A DNA stretch of 63,504 bases, the filler included, from Octopus bimaculoides (lineage: Eukaryota): NCBI RefSeq assembly GCF_001194135.2. It is 4 parts of 4 records of this genome, joined end to end, with 100 filler letters (N's around TTAATTAATTAA, not from the genome) between each part and the next. Parts side by side here need not be neighbours in the genome. Positions count along the whole stretch, not along the records: positions 1 to 28,522 come from NC_068989.1; 3 more parts are not named here. One strand, given 5' to 3'. Numbering within the stretch: position 1 is the stretch's first letter; every line of letters starts with the position of its first letter. Below, in pieces: positions 12,740 through 25,323 of this stretch. Made by a program: the position numbers and the translations under genes. Under the pieces are notes generated by a model. The model saw nothing but the letters and a program-made list of their open reading frames with translations. It ran no database searches and had not been told where the DNA came from.

Positions 12740-13903
12740 AAAGGACACAGGTTTCGTGTGTCACATANNNNNNNNNNNNNNNNNNNNNNNNNNNNNNNNN
12801 NNNNNNNNNNNNNNNNNNNNNNNNNNNNNNNNNNNNNNNNNNNNNNNNNNNNNNNNNNNNNNNNNNNNNNNNNNNNNNNNNNNNNNNNNNNNNNNNNNNN
12901 NNNNNNNNNNNNNNNNNNNNNNNNNNNNNNNNNNNNNNNNNNNNNNNNNNNNNNNNNNNNNNNNNNNNNNNNNNNNNNNNNNNNNNNNNNNNNNNNNNNN
13001 NNNNNNNNNNNNNNNNNNNNNNNNNNNNNNNNNNNNNNNNNNNNNNNNNNNNNNNNNNNNNNNNNNNNNNNNNNNNNNNNNNNNNNNNNNNNNNNNNNNN
13101 NNNNNNNNNNNNNNNNNNNNNNNNNNNNNNNNNNNNNNNNNNNNNNNNNNNNNNNNNNNNNNNNNNNNNNNNNNNNNNNNNNNNNNNNNNNNNNNNNNNN
13201 NNNNNNNNNNNNNNNNNNNNNNNNNNNNNNNNNNNNNNNNNNNNNNNNNNNNNNNNNNNNNNNNNNNNNNNNNNNNNNNNNNNNNNNNNNNNNNNNNNNN
13301 NNNNNNNNNNNNNNNNNNNNNNNNNNNNNNNNNNNNNNNNNNNNNNNNNNNNNNNNNNNNNNNNNNNNNNNNNNNNNNNNNNNNNNNNNNNNNNNNNNNN
13401 NNNNNNNNNNNNNNNNNNNNNNNNNNNNNNNNNNNNNNNNNNNNNNNNNNNNNNNNNNNNNNNNNNNNNNNNNNNNNNNNNNNNNNNNNNNNNNNNNNNN
13501 NNNNNNNNNNNNNNNNNNNNNNNNNNNNNNNNNNNNNNNNNNNNNNNNNNNNNNNNNNNNNNNNNNNNNNNNNNNNNNNNNNNNNNNNNNNNNNNNNNNN
13601 NNNNNNNNNNNNNNNNNNNNNNNNNNNNNNNNNNNNNNNNNNNNNNNNNNNNNNNNNNNNNNNNNNNNNNNNNNNNNNNNNNNNNNNNNNNNNNNNNNNN
13701 NNNNNNNNNNNNNNNNNNNNNNNNNNNNNNNNNNTTTGAGCTTACCCTCTTCAACACAAAGGAACACGAAAAAAAAAATAATAAAGAGAGAGTGAATTGA
13801 AAAAGCTTTAGTGGCTAGCGATCGGTTATATAATGTAACCTCGTGGGCATCGGTACCATTTTCCTCTTTCTCCGTTCTTCCATTCTCCGATCTTTCCATC
13901 TTT

Positions 13904-13930
13904 CCGACGAAGGGCTACGCCCGAAACGTC
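13904..13930 (+). ncRNA. Degenerate minimal hammerhead-ribozyme motif (Penelope-type)
   Basis: ccgacga-a-gggc-tac-gccc-gaaa-cgtc: core CUGANGA with U to C change, 4-bp stem II, GAAA, palindromic ACGT stem III and GUC site. Stem I is not evident. Confidence 0.6.
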
Positions 13931-14020
13931 ATACACTCTCTCTTTCCTTTCCTGAGCGTCCAATAATACTATCCATATCACGTCCTCACTTTTTTGTGTT
14001 TTTTTGTTATTGTTTTTTTG

Positions 14021-14056
<36 letters not shown>

Positions 14057-14176
14057 CAGGAAAATCTTATGAAATTACTGGTTACTTACCTATACAAAGA
14101 ATGCTGAATGTCACAGTTAATATTCAGCTGTAAGTTAACTATATAAAACCTGGTTTAAATATATTTATTTATTACA

Positions 14177-16115
14177 ATAAGAGAAGAAAATAGAGATAAT
14201 TAATAAACTATTAGTTATTAATTAAACAATTGGCAAACATCTCATATACCTGTTTCACTGCAAGACCTTCAGAAAATAATTAATAAAATTTAAAATTATT
14301 TCAAAGTCGAATGACGTCAGAAGTAGTTTAAGATATACAAACTAGGTGTTCAATTCCTGCATGTTGAATAAAAGTCTGCAAACGGTTAACTGATAAAATT
14401 TATGCATAAAGAGCATAGTATAAAACATGGTATAGACCTTAGAAAGAGGGGGGAAAGTAGTGTATAACGGAGTTGCAAAGTAAGAATAGATCAATATACT
14501 TTTTATAACGATGAGTTACCACTTTTATAAAGGTGTTTTATCTAGTTTATAACGGTCTGAGATTATTTTATTTATATCGTTTCGACTTGGAATACATAAT
14601 AAATATATTGTGTTTCTTGAGTAGGAATCTATAGTGATAAACCCGTCACTTATAACTTAATTATAATATTATCACTATATATAAATCTTAACTCATGTTG
14701 TATAAACGCCGTGATGAATTATATACACCAAGACGCTGAAAAGTACATGTTGAAACGTATATGTATATAGAAGATAAATAAGTTCGTGTTCTTTTTCACC
14801 GCCGCTATAATAACAGTTTTATAGTTGCAGAAATAAATTTTATTAACAGGTTGAAGAAAATGTAGAGACAGTATTTACTAAATCAGTTTATTTACTTTCA
14901 CTTAATATTTACAGTACATATATAAGTGAAAAGAAAAACTGTCGTAGAGGATTACGACATAACATTTATATTAGCTATTTTTTTCATACTAAGCTACCAG
15001 AGTTTTTCGCAACAATACAAAAGAGTTTTCTTGGAATTAGATATAGAGATGGCATAAGAATAGTCAACATCTCAAAGGAGTGAGTTCGTAGAAATGAATG
15101 ACAACCAACGAACCCTGATTTATTTCCCAAAACCAGGCTTTTTATAACTGCCCATACTTGAATTCTAAGAAGCGAATTTCGTGAAAGATTTCTCGTTGAC
15201 AAAAGTTTAGAATTCAAATATGGGCACTAATTTTAACCAATGGGAAACTAAGAATTATACTTGTTCGGGCAAACATGACCATTACGTCATATTACCGCCA
15301 ATAAAGTTTATTTATAACTTACTTGTGTCGCTACATATTCATACAGGGTGTTTAGTAAAAACAAAGATCAAGTAGATATAATGGTATAACTGTCATATAC
15401 TGCGATATTATGTCCATCCATATTAAAGCAATAGAAAATTAGTATGCAGAGTTTAATTCAAGTATGTATAGTCATTATTAATATTTAATTAAGGTGGATG
15501 TTATTCCAGGCAATATATTACTTATTGTAAATATCGAAAGGGTGAAAAGGATATAGGATATATTAACTTAATGCTTGTGTACATAAAATGTTTTTAATAA
15601 AATCAAGAATAATAATAAAGTAGATAGAGTAAAAATAAATAAATAAGGACTTACAAATTATAGCCTTTCACCTTTAAAAAAAAAATAGTAACGTGATAGA
15701 CTAATAAAATTAATCTATCTCTTAAGGAACTATTGGACACAAATATAAAATTTCAGATATGCAGCGTTCCCTTGGTAAGATACGGGATGTAAATATGTTA
15801 AGAGGCTCTTGTAAGCTGATACAGTATTTAACAAAAATATATAAATAAATAAGAATTAAAAGGAAGTAAATATATGCTTATAAACGTAATAATAAGGTCT
15901 ATGCCATTTTTTATACTATGTTCTTTATGCGCATCAGTTAACGGTTTGCAGCCGTTTAATCAATATGCAGGAATTGAACACCTATCTATAACTACATCTG
16001 ACGAGATTCGACTTTCATTAATTAATATTCTGAAGGCCTTGAATTGAAACAGCTGTAAGAGATGTTTGTCAATTTTTAGACAAGTAAATATTAATTTATT
16101 ATCTCTCTATTTTCT
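14177..16115. repeat. ~1.9-kb segment bounded by ~250-bp diverged inverted repeats
   Basis: 14177-14441 is the reverse complement of 15892-16115 (e.g. aggtgttcaattcctgcat / atgcaggaattgaacacct; tgcaaacggttaactgat / atcagttaacggtttgca). Confidence 0.85.
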
Positions 16116-16278
16116 TTTATTATCTCTCTATTTTCTTTTATTATCTCTCTATTTAGAGTTGGTAGAGAAACCATTGTAAGGAATCAATAAATGTGCGTTA
16201 AAAAAATTTTCATTGTTTCCTCCTTATTTTTATATATAGATACACATTATACATACAAAAATAACTATATATTTATAC

Positions 16279-16323
<45 letters not shown>

Positions 16324-16692
16324 TATATCCAAAGTTTTAAATTTAAATTTAAGAGAGAGATTTGACGGTAATATCCATTATTATTGTAATTTATTCCTAT
16401 GTCAACATTTCTGTATAAAGCTATATTTGACTGTCAAATTTAAGTCAAACATATAAGTTGCCTTACACGTCTTCAGGGAATACATTTGAGAACAAACAAA
16501 AATCAAACAAAAGTCAAGAATAGGAGATCAATACCACATTTCTAGGTTTCGTCCATATTTAAATTTGTCGTTAAATGACTCGTTAAATTCGTCCCTTTCT
16601 AAACAAATGTCCAGTAAGGGGAGGCAACCCCTTGCAATATTATGGGAAATGTTTCGGAGGTTTGAAAGGCAAAGTTGTCACCGACCGGATTT

Positions 16693-16767
16693 GTACTTAG
16701 AATGGAAGCAGCCGGAACAAATGTCACAAGGTATTTTGTCCGACTTTGCTCATCATTTGCCACACAT
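16693..16767 (-). pseudogene. Decayed PHD-finger-like coding fragment (probably LINE ORF1 or transposon-derived)
   Basis: Minus frame reads MCGK**AKSDKIPCDICSGCFHSKY, matching C-x2-(C)...C-x2-C-x4-H-x2-(C) with stops. Confidence 0.45.
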
Positions 16768-18013
16768 CTAATAAATTTGTAGCCCAAAAACAAAACCAGA
16801 ATTTCGCGATCATGTCCGAAATCGATTAAATCCGATCAGCAGTTAACTTTTAATTTACATCAACGACCCCAGAATGACAAAACGCCAAAACGAAGTTGGC
16901 AGGATTAGCACGAAAAATAGATTGTAAAGTGCTGGGAAGCGTTTTATTTGGTGCTCTACTGATTTTAATATAGTCTCAGAGTAACATTGTTTTATACATT
17001 TTTGTTATTACTACGTATAAAACAACTCGATGTTATTCTTAGAGATCAATTATTCACCTTTTAACATAATGTACTTCGGCTTCTCTATTCGTAGCATTTG
17101 CTTAATCTTTTAAAACCTATCTTGCCTCTGGGCATTATGACAAGCGAAATGTTATTTGCTATTTCGCTTTATAGAAATTTAATATTCTAAACATTTAACT
17201 TTTTGAATACCAAATCCAAAACAATTATAAAATTATATAATGAAAACACTTTCGCTGCTATACAATTCATAAATTACCACACATAACTACAATTTTTTCT
17301 TGAAGTGTTATGCAAGGTATTAGCGTGTTTAATATGTAAATATCCTCTATGGCCAAAACCTTTGTAGCTGGTATTTCGTGTGCTACTAGAAGCATCTAAT
17401 TACTTTCAGTTATACTGCAGCAGTTTCGATATTTCTACTAATTATTATAGTGGTTTTCCTGATTGTTAATATCAGTTTTAAGCATGTCATCGTTAAATTT
17501 GTTCACTCAGCACAAAACCTATTTTTTGCATCGTTTGTCTGGCGAGATATTTAGAAAGAAAATTAAATATTTTAAAGGCTTCTGTGAATTACTCGAGAAT
17601 GACTGATGAGGTTTCCTAACTAACAACTCTCTGTAGTGCCTTAATCGATTATTTCTACACATTGGAAAAAATTACACTTGGGTCAAAAGAAAATTTCTCG
17701 CAAATGTTAGTTTTACAGTGAAGTCTCCACAGAGACTTGCATTACTTTCGTCTTTTAATTCAACCCCAAAGTGAGTCGTTGGAAGCATCCAACAAGAACG
17801 TAGCCCTTTATTGAAAAGCTTTAGAACTACTTTCAAACAATTAAAATATTCATTGAACCATTCATTAAAATGGCTAACGTCTCCTTCTAATCTCTTAATT
17901 TTATTTATTATGGGGTTTTTTTCTCTGTGTGCGTGGATTCTAAAAGAATTGATTACCGCCAAGTTGTTTAACACGGTTTTTATCGATTTTCATGTTGTTC
18001 AAACGGAAATAAT

Positions 18014-18578
18014 CATGCGATATAACGCTTCCTTAAACCTCTTTGACTTTAAGGTCACTAATATGCTACCTTCTCTTACTAGAACTGATTTTCTGTCTTT
18101 ATAATATTTGTACACGGGAGGATCGCAAACCAGAAACGAAACCGTATTTGGAGACACAATGTAAAACAAGCCAGCCATTATAAAATCGTTTAATTTCCCA
18201 TAATTGCAAAGAAGAAACAGGTTCCTTCTTTCTTTCTTTTTTTCTATTTTGACTGGTTTCATTTCAAAAGGCAATGTTTTCATAATAAATAATATAAAAA
18301 ATACATTTTCATATAGTCATATAATAATGTCCAGAATACAATTATTTTTATTAGACCGATCGATTTCAGATTAAAGATTTAGATTTATACCCAAATGAAT
18401 ATTTAATAGATATAATAATTTTTCCGGTTCTTCAATTAAGCGTTCGAAATAGCATTTCCACTTAAAAATTATTTGACACCGATTCTATACACATCCTCTA
18501 ACAATTAAAATTCACATCTATATCATTTTGTGTTTAAGTTTCAGAAACAGAATTCGTGTACTCGGGTTCGTGATTACA

Positions 18579-18616
<38 letters not shown>

Positions 18617-20936
18617 NNNNNNNNNNNNNNNNNNNNNNNNNNNNNNNNNNNNNNNNNNNNNNNNNNNNNNNNNNNNNNNNNNNNNNNNNNNNNNNNNNNN
18701 NNNNNNNNNNNNNNNNNNNNNNNNNNNNNNNNNNNNNNNNNNNNNNNNNNNNNNNNNNNNNNNNNNNNNNNNNNNNNNNNNNNNNNNNNNNNNNNNNNNN
18801 NNNNNNNNNNNNNNNNNNNNNNNNNNNNNNNNNNNNNNNNNNNNNNNNNNNNNNNNNNNNNNNNNNNNNNNNNNNNNNNNNNNNNNNNNNNNNNNNNNNN
18901 NNNNNNNNNNNNNNNNNNNNNNNNNNNNNNNNNNNNNNNNNNNNNNNNNNNNNNNNNNNNNNNNNNNNNNNNNNNNNNNNNNNNNNNNNNNNNNNNNNNN
19001 NNNNNNNNNNNNNNNNNNNNNNNNNNNNNNNNNNNNNNNNNNNNNNNNNNNNNNNNNNNNNNNNNNNNNNNNNNNNNNNNNNNNNNNNNNNNNNNNNNNN
19101 NNNNNNNNNNNNNNNNNNNNNNNNNNNNNNNNNNNNNNNNNNNNNNNNNNNNNNNNNNNNNNNNNNNNNNNNNNNNNNNNNNNNNNNNNNNNNNNNNNNN
19201 NNNNNNNNNNNNNNNNNNNNNNNNNNNNNNNNNNNNNNNNNNNNNNNNNNNNNNNNNNNNNNNNNNNNNNNNNNNNNNNNNNNNNNNNNNNNAAAACACA
19301 CAAGCCACATAGAAAACATTCTACTTCATCAGCTACCCACGTTTTAACACCGGCGTTTCGAAGAGTTTGGGCAGGACGCATCGTTAAAACGGCTCATCCC
19401 ATGGACCGCAGATTAAATTTGTATACGCAAATTAAATCTTGCCATGGAGGAATGTAGTGGCGGACAAAAAACAAGACAGGAAAACAAACAGAAAAGGCTT
19501 TACGGCCAGACGAGAAAAAGTATGTGTGTATGAACGCTGTGAGGCACGAACTTGAAAGTAGGGACGAAGTGAGTTCGCGTGTTTGCTCGGCGATAGCCAA
19601 GGAAGGAAAGGATTATTGTCCGGAAGCATGTGACCATGCCGGTGTAAGGTCAAGAGAAAGAGTGGTAGAGGGAGAAACAAAGGGAGGAAGTAGAAGAATA
19701 GGTGATCAACGAGAGGAAAAGAGAAAGAGGAAGTACGAGGGGGAAAAAGAGATACGTAGTAGTAACAGAGGAAGAACGAGAGGGGTAAAGCGAGATACGT
19801 AGTAGTAAAGAGGAAGAACGAGAGGGGGAAAAAGATAGAGAAAGAGAAAGAGAAAGAGAAAGAGATAGAGTAGCGTCGGAAGATATAAGTTTACGAAAAC
19901 TACTTACAATTGGAGACGCTGCGTTCAAGTCATGTAAAAACAAATAGTAAATGAATATATGCATATATACGTACAGGTATGTATAGGTGCATATCTGGGT
20001 ACAGGACATTGCAAACAAAACGTAGACGAGAAAAGTGCATATATACNNNNNNNNNNNNNNNNNNNNNNNNNNNNNNNNNNNNNNNNNNNNNNNNNNNNNN
20101 NNNNNNNNNNNNNNNNNNNNNNNNNNNNNNNNNNNNNNNNNNNNNNNNNNNNNNNNNNNNNNNNNNNNNNNNNNNNNNNNNNNNNNNNNNNNNNNNNNNN
20201 NNNNNNNNNNNNNNNNNNNNNNNNNNATATATATATATATATATACACACTCTTTAAAAATGATAGAAAAAATCTTTTAAGAATACAATTTGTAATTGAT
20301 GAAATATAAAAATCATTACTAAGGATTATATACATTTTATCAAATAGCCTGAAAACGACTCTCAGTAATATTTGACAAAATAATTAAATCGTAAGATAAG
20401 AATATGACCAAATATATCTCATATTACAATTATTAATACAGATATAACAACTAAGATAACGATACTTTTATGACAGAATTCAGTACGTGTAATATAATGA
20501 TATTTACAATCATTGCCCGCACTATCAAACGAGCATGCTTGTTATAATCGCAGCGTTTTAACTAAGTGTATAAGAGGCCGATATATTCGCTAACATGTAT
20601 ATACAGTCTACCAATTTCCAAACTTTTTTAAAGCCTTGTAGGTAGGAGCAGACGTAGATGAGGAGCTTCATTCGATGAAATAATGCACCACATACATTCT
20701 GGAATCGGACATTGAATATGCGATATAATCTGATTCTTCTTTGCAATTATGGAAAATAAAAGGATTTTATAATGGTTGGCTTGTTTTAGATTGTGTCTCC
20801 AGATATGGTTTCGTTTCTGGTTAGCGATCCCCTCGTTTACAAATATTAAAAAGACAGAAACGGAGTTCTAGGAAGAGGATGTAGCATATTAGTGACCTTA
20901 AAGTCAAAGAGGTTTAAGGAAGTGTTATATAGCATG
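18014..20936. repeat. ~200-bp inverted repeat pair ~2.5 kb apart
   Basis: 18014-18216 is the reverse complement of 20733-20936, with scattered substitutions (e.g. ctctttgactttaaggtcactaatatgctac / gtagcatattagtgaccttaaagtcaaagag). Confidence 0.9.
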
Positions 20937-22246
20937 TGGGGATGCGGACACTGGGCCATGCATCCCCACATATACTGATGACTATATGTGTGGGTACCTT
21001 AACATTGCATTTATATGTTGAAATAAACCGTCGTTGAGATTCTTGAAACTTATTGTAAGACTTAGTGTCAAAATATCTAGAGATATATACCGTATATACC
21101 CGCAATAAAAAATGGCGCTAATATACACAATCTACTGATCAACCTAACTTTATTTCATGAAAATTACACCTTTAATGATTGAATCAGTCATTATTTGTAT
21201 AACATATGTCAGAAACGCATAAAATGTTAGAGCCGAAAAAGCGTCAAGATACACAATAAGATGAAGGAGAATATACATGCAGTCACTGCTGTAATCGCAT
21301 GTAGTACAGCCACAACAGTAGTTATTAGACACAACGATGAAAGTTGGTATGACACATTTAGTTCTTTCGATTTAATTATCCTTGTAGTAAATAAGGCAAA
21401 TGCCATTCTTTTAATACTTGGAAAGCCTAAAGACTGCACAATTTCGTGCCATCCACCTTAACTATTCAACGCCTGCTCAACAACTCTGCGTTCTTGTAAA
21501 ATTAACTTTGACAGGCAGCCTTTACCATAACAATGCATTAGAAGAAAACTGGTAAGAATATAGGAATAAGTAAATATCAAACCCAACATTCATAACTAAA
21601 AGGAAAAAAAACCTCAGAAATACAATTCGATACTGCAATGATTGAATCGAAGATATTCTAAAACTTGGGCTGTTTAAGTGATAAACACTTTTCCCTTTTT
21701 ATAAATATAACCATGCATTCGCTATGTTATTTACAGGAAAGAAAAAATGAGTTGCTCATTTAAAATCGCTTGTATGTGATCATTGGAATGGATTGTGGGA
21801 AGTAGGAGCCATTATTTATGAGAAATCAGAAGTGTCATCATATCGGTAAACAAAATATTAATGTTTGTGGCTTCATTTGATCACAAAATAATTCAATATA
21901 TCTTAAAATATCAAATGAGGATTCACTAAAAGCACGGGACCTTATATAGAACGGAACAACTGATTTGAGCTACACATAGTCTGATTCTAGAAAATGCGAC
22001 AGGGAGGAGTATATTTAAGTGCTGAAACTAAATCGTGCTGTAAATGTACAATTTAGTATTAGATGAGTATATCTCACTGAATTGGATACGGCCACCTTCA
22101 ACTTACTGTTGTTTTAATGAGGGCAGCATGAACGTAATATGTTTGGAGCTGCATCCTCTAATTATGCAGTACATTTATCAGTTTATCTTCTTAATAAGCG
22201 GTCACTAACACTTCCACTTTTTACATTTATTATATGAATATTACCT

Positions 22247-22420
22247 TAGGTGATGAGCTGACAAAATCGTTAAAACGCCAGGCAAAATGCTTAGCGGTAT
22301 TTTGTCCATTTTAACACTGTTTTCAAGTTCTGCCGACTTTGAATTGGCCTTTCTTCATTTGGAGATGGAAAAAATAAAGCAGTATTCAACTAGTGGGATC
22401 GACGTGAGCATCTTTCTCCT
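22247..22420 (+). mobile_element. tRNA-derived SINE family 2, diverged copy
   Basis: Head ggtgatgagctgacaaaatcgttaaaacgcc, similar to the copy at 30519. Confidence 0.7.
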
Positions 22421-23461
22421 TACCACAACATTTCAGGTTTTGTGCCTATAGCAGAAAAGATTATATAAATATTAACTTTTACCATTTTTGAAAACCGAAT
22501 TGCTCATTTGTTAATGCATAATATTGCACATCTGTTTTTGTCGCGAGAGAATTATCATCAATACTATTATACTTCTTGCCTGAATTCAAACTCAGATTGT
22601 ATGTAGATTTAGCTATGGACAAAAGATAAACTTCCTGTTAATTCACAATTCACTACACATATTTATATACACGATTTGATTTTATATTTTGATTATTTTG
22701 AGGATTTCATAGAATTCATCTTCCCGAAGCAGTTGGCACCTTTATAAAATTTATGGATTGTCCTGTTTTCATTACAGATTGCTAATTTAAGAAAGTGAGT
22801 AATTTGTTGCAAGTGCGATTTCAATGCACGAATCTTTGTCTACAGAACTTCTAGTATTCGACGGTATATAATCTATTACAAATCTAAACATATTGAACAA
22901 TGCGAGTTGATGAATATTTAGATTTAAAATGATTGGGAGAATTCTTCATATGTGCGTGTGTGTGTGTGTGTGTGTGTGTGCATGTGTTAGTGTGGGTGTG
23001 TGTTTCTGTGATCATGTATCATANNNNNNNNNNNNNNNNNNNNNNNNNNNNNNNNNNNNNNNNNNNNNNNNNNNNNNNNNNNNNNNNNNNNNNNNNNNNN
23101 NNNNNNNNNNNNNNNNNNNNNNNNNNNNNNNNNNNNNNNNNNNNNNNNNNNNNNNNNNNNNNNNNNNNNNNNNNNNNNNNNNNNNNNNNNNNNNNNNNNN
23201 NNNNNNNNNNNNNNNNNNNNNNNNNNNNNNNNNNNNNNNNNNNNNNNNNNNNNNNNNNNNNNNNNNNNNNNNNNNNNNNNNNNNNNNNNNNNNNNNNNNN
23301 NNNNNNNNNNNNNNNNNNNNNNNNNNNNNNNNNNNNNNNNNNNNNNNNNNNNNNNNNNNNNNNNNNNNNNNNNNNNNNNNNNNNNNNNNNNNNNNNNNNN
23401 NNNNNNNNNNNNNNNNNNNNNNNNNNNNNNNNNNNNNNNNNNNNNNNNNNNNNNNNNNNNN

Positions 23462-23509
<48 letters not shown>

Positions 23510-24504
23510 TGTATGTATGTATGTATACAAATGTATGTGTGTCTGAACATTCATATTATATACACTGGTGCATTCACACAGACACACACACACACATACA
23601 CACACACACATATATATATATTTGTTCTTTTATTTAAATAACAATTTTGAAAATATTCAATTTGTAATCTAGAGTCTAAAAACAGTATCACATCCATTAG
23701 GGTTCTAATTTCATTCACAGCTTTGCTGAGACAGGCTATAATTTCTATCACTTAAATATGTAAGTTACCAGGAACATTTTCGTTCACATTTTCAATTAGA
23801 GATTTAATGACTCTGCTGAGATACAAATGTAATACAATATTGTCGTATTGACTGCAGTAAATTTTGCAAACCTCACTATCATTTTTTTCATATGCATATT
23901 TATATTTTTGCTTGCCTTGATTTTGTCATAAAATTAAGATCGATGTAATATTGATTCTTTATCTAAGCACAAACCTCCAGCTTCATTGCCAAAATATATT
24001 GAACATATGTTTCAATTACACATTATTTGAGGTAAACGAACTGCGAGAAAATTTTTCGATGTTGTTTCAATTCTATGTTAATGCCTTTGTCATCAGTTTC
24101 ATCAATCATGTATAAACCTCAATCTTCCCTGGGTTAGCGTATTGCTGTTGCTCACTGTATTTAGGCTCCCAAGATATAGATATAATTTTCTCCCTTCTAT
24201 GTTGATCATTCCTGCTTCTCGTCGCTTGGTGTTCATGATTAGCGTCTGGTAATAATTCGCTTATCTCTCTTTCCTCTCACAGAAGTGATTGCTTTGGTAT
24301 TATCCAGAATATCAACCAGGAGTGAATGACCCATAATCATAGAACAAAGGCAATTGGTGCGGAGTATGGTCATGTTTAAACTAGAAACCAAACTATATTT
24401 TTTCAATAGGAATATGTGGCAGCTGCTTCTTGTCCAGCCTCACAAGTTAATTTTTGCCGTATCACATGAGACTAACAAGCCCTTTTAAAATGTACGCGAA
24501 ACTC

Positions 24505-24735
24505 ATGCATCTCATAATATTGATTTGAAGTTTTGGCACAAGGCCAGCAATTTTGGGGAAGAGCAAATCGATTACAACGATACCAGAACTAAACTGGTAC
24601 TTATTTTATCGACCCCGAAACGATGAAAAACAAAGTCGACCTCGGCAGAATTTAAACTCAGAACAAGAAGACGGATGAAATGCTGCTAAGGATTTTGCCT
24701 GGCGTGCTAACGATTCTGTCAGCTCACTGCCTTCA
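24505..24735 (-). mobile_element. SINE family 2 copy
   Basis: Reverse complement of the 30519-type sequence (gtcgacctcggcagaatttaaactcagaac, cgtgctaacgattctgtcagctcac). Confidence 0.85.
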
Positions 24736-25256
24736 TGCGCCCCATAATATGATAATGTGTTATTTAGATTTAGATGTATTTGTACGTATTTTTTTTACTA
24801 CAGTCTATACATTTCCACGCTACAACACAGATTAAAACTATATCGTTTACGACAGAATTGTAGTAAGTTGTGTTGTTTACCGTTCTATATTAAAGGACAC
24901 AGTAGCAATTAATGAACACAAGAAATGGAATTACTAGTTTATATATTTTATTCTTTTGTTTGGCATCTATATTAGTTACCTGTAATTTATTTATGTAAGT
25001 GGTTGGTAGTTCCCGATCTTTCTCTTCAAATATGTTAACAGAGGGAACAAAAATATTCTGTATTTATCAATAAATTTCTTTTGGTTTTGTTTTAGCCATT
25101 TGTGTTTCTCTTTGCAAATGATATATGGAAGCAGATATATGCTCTTATATAAGAGATTACTCAATTGCAGAGTGTATATATATGTGTGTGTGTGTATGTG
25201 TGTGTGAGTGTGTATACATACATATATATATATATAATATTTATACATATATATAT

Positions 25257-25323
<67 letters not shown>

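Noticed and set aside
17999-18283. MAGLFY...TVSFLVC loosely resembles a BIR domain
   Set aside because: The zinc-ligand pattern (C-x2-C...H...C) is absent, and the inverted copy has stops in this frame.
19310-19405. CTGATGA and GAAAC on the minus strand suggesting a hammerhead
   Set aside because: Stem II and stem I cannot be paired in any topology.
21150-21370. Cys-rich minus frame TKCVIP...NNYCCGCTTCD as a possible exon of the gene
   Set aside because: No good acceptor or donor, wrong phase to follow exon D, and Cys spacing fits none of the gene's modules.
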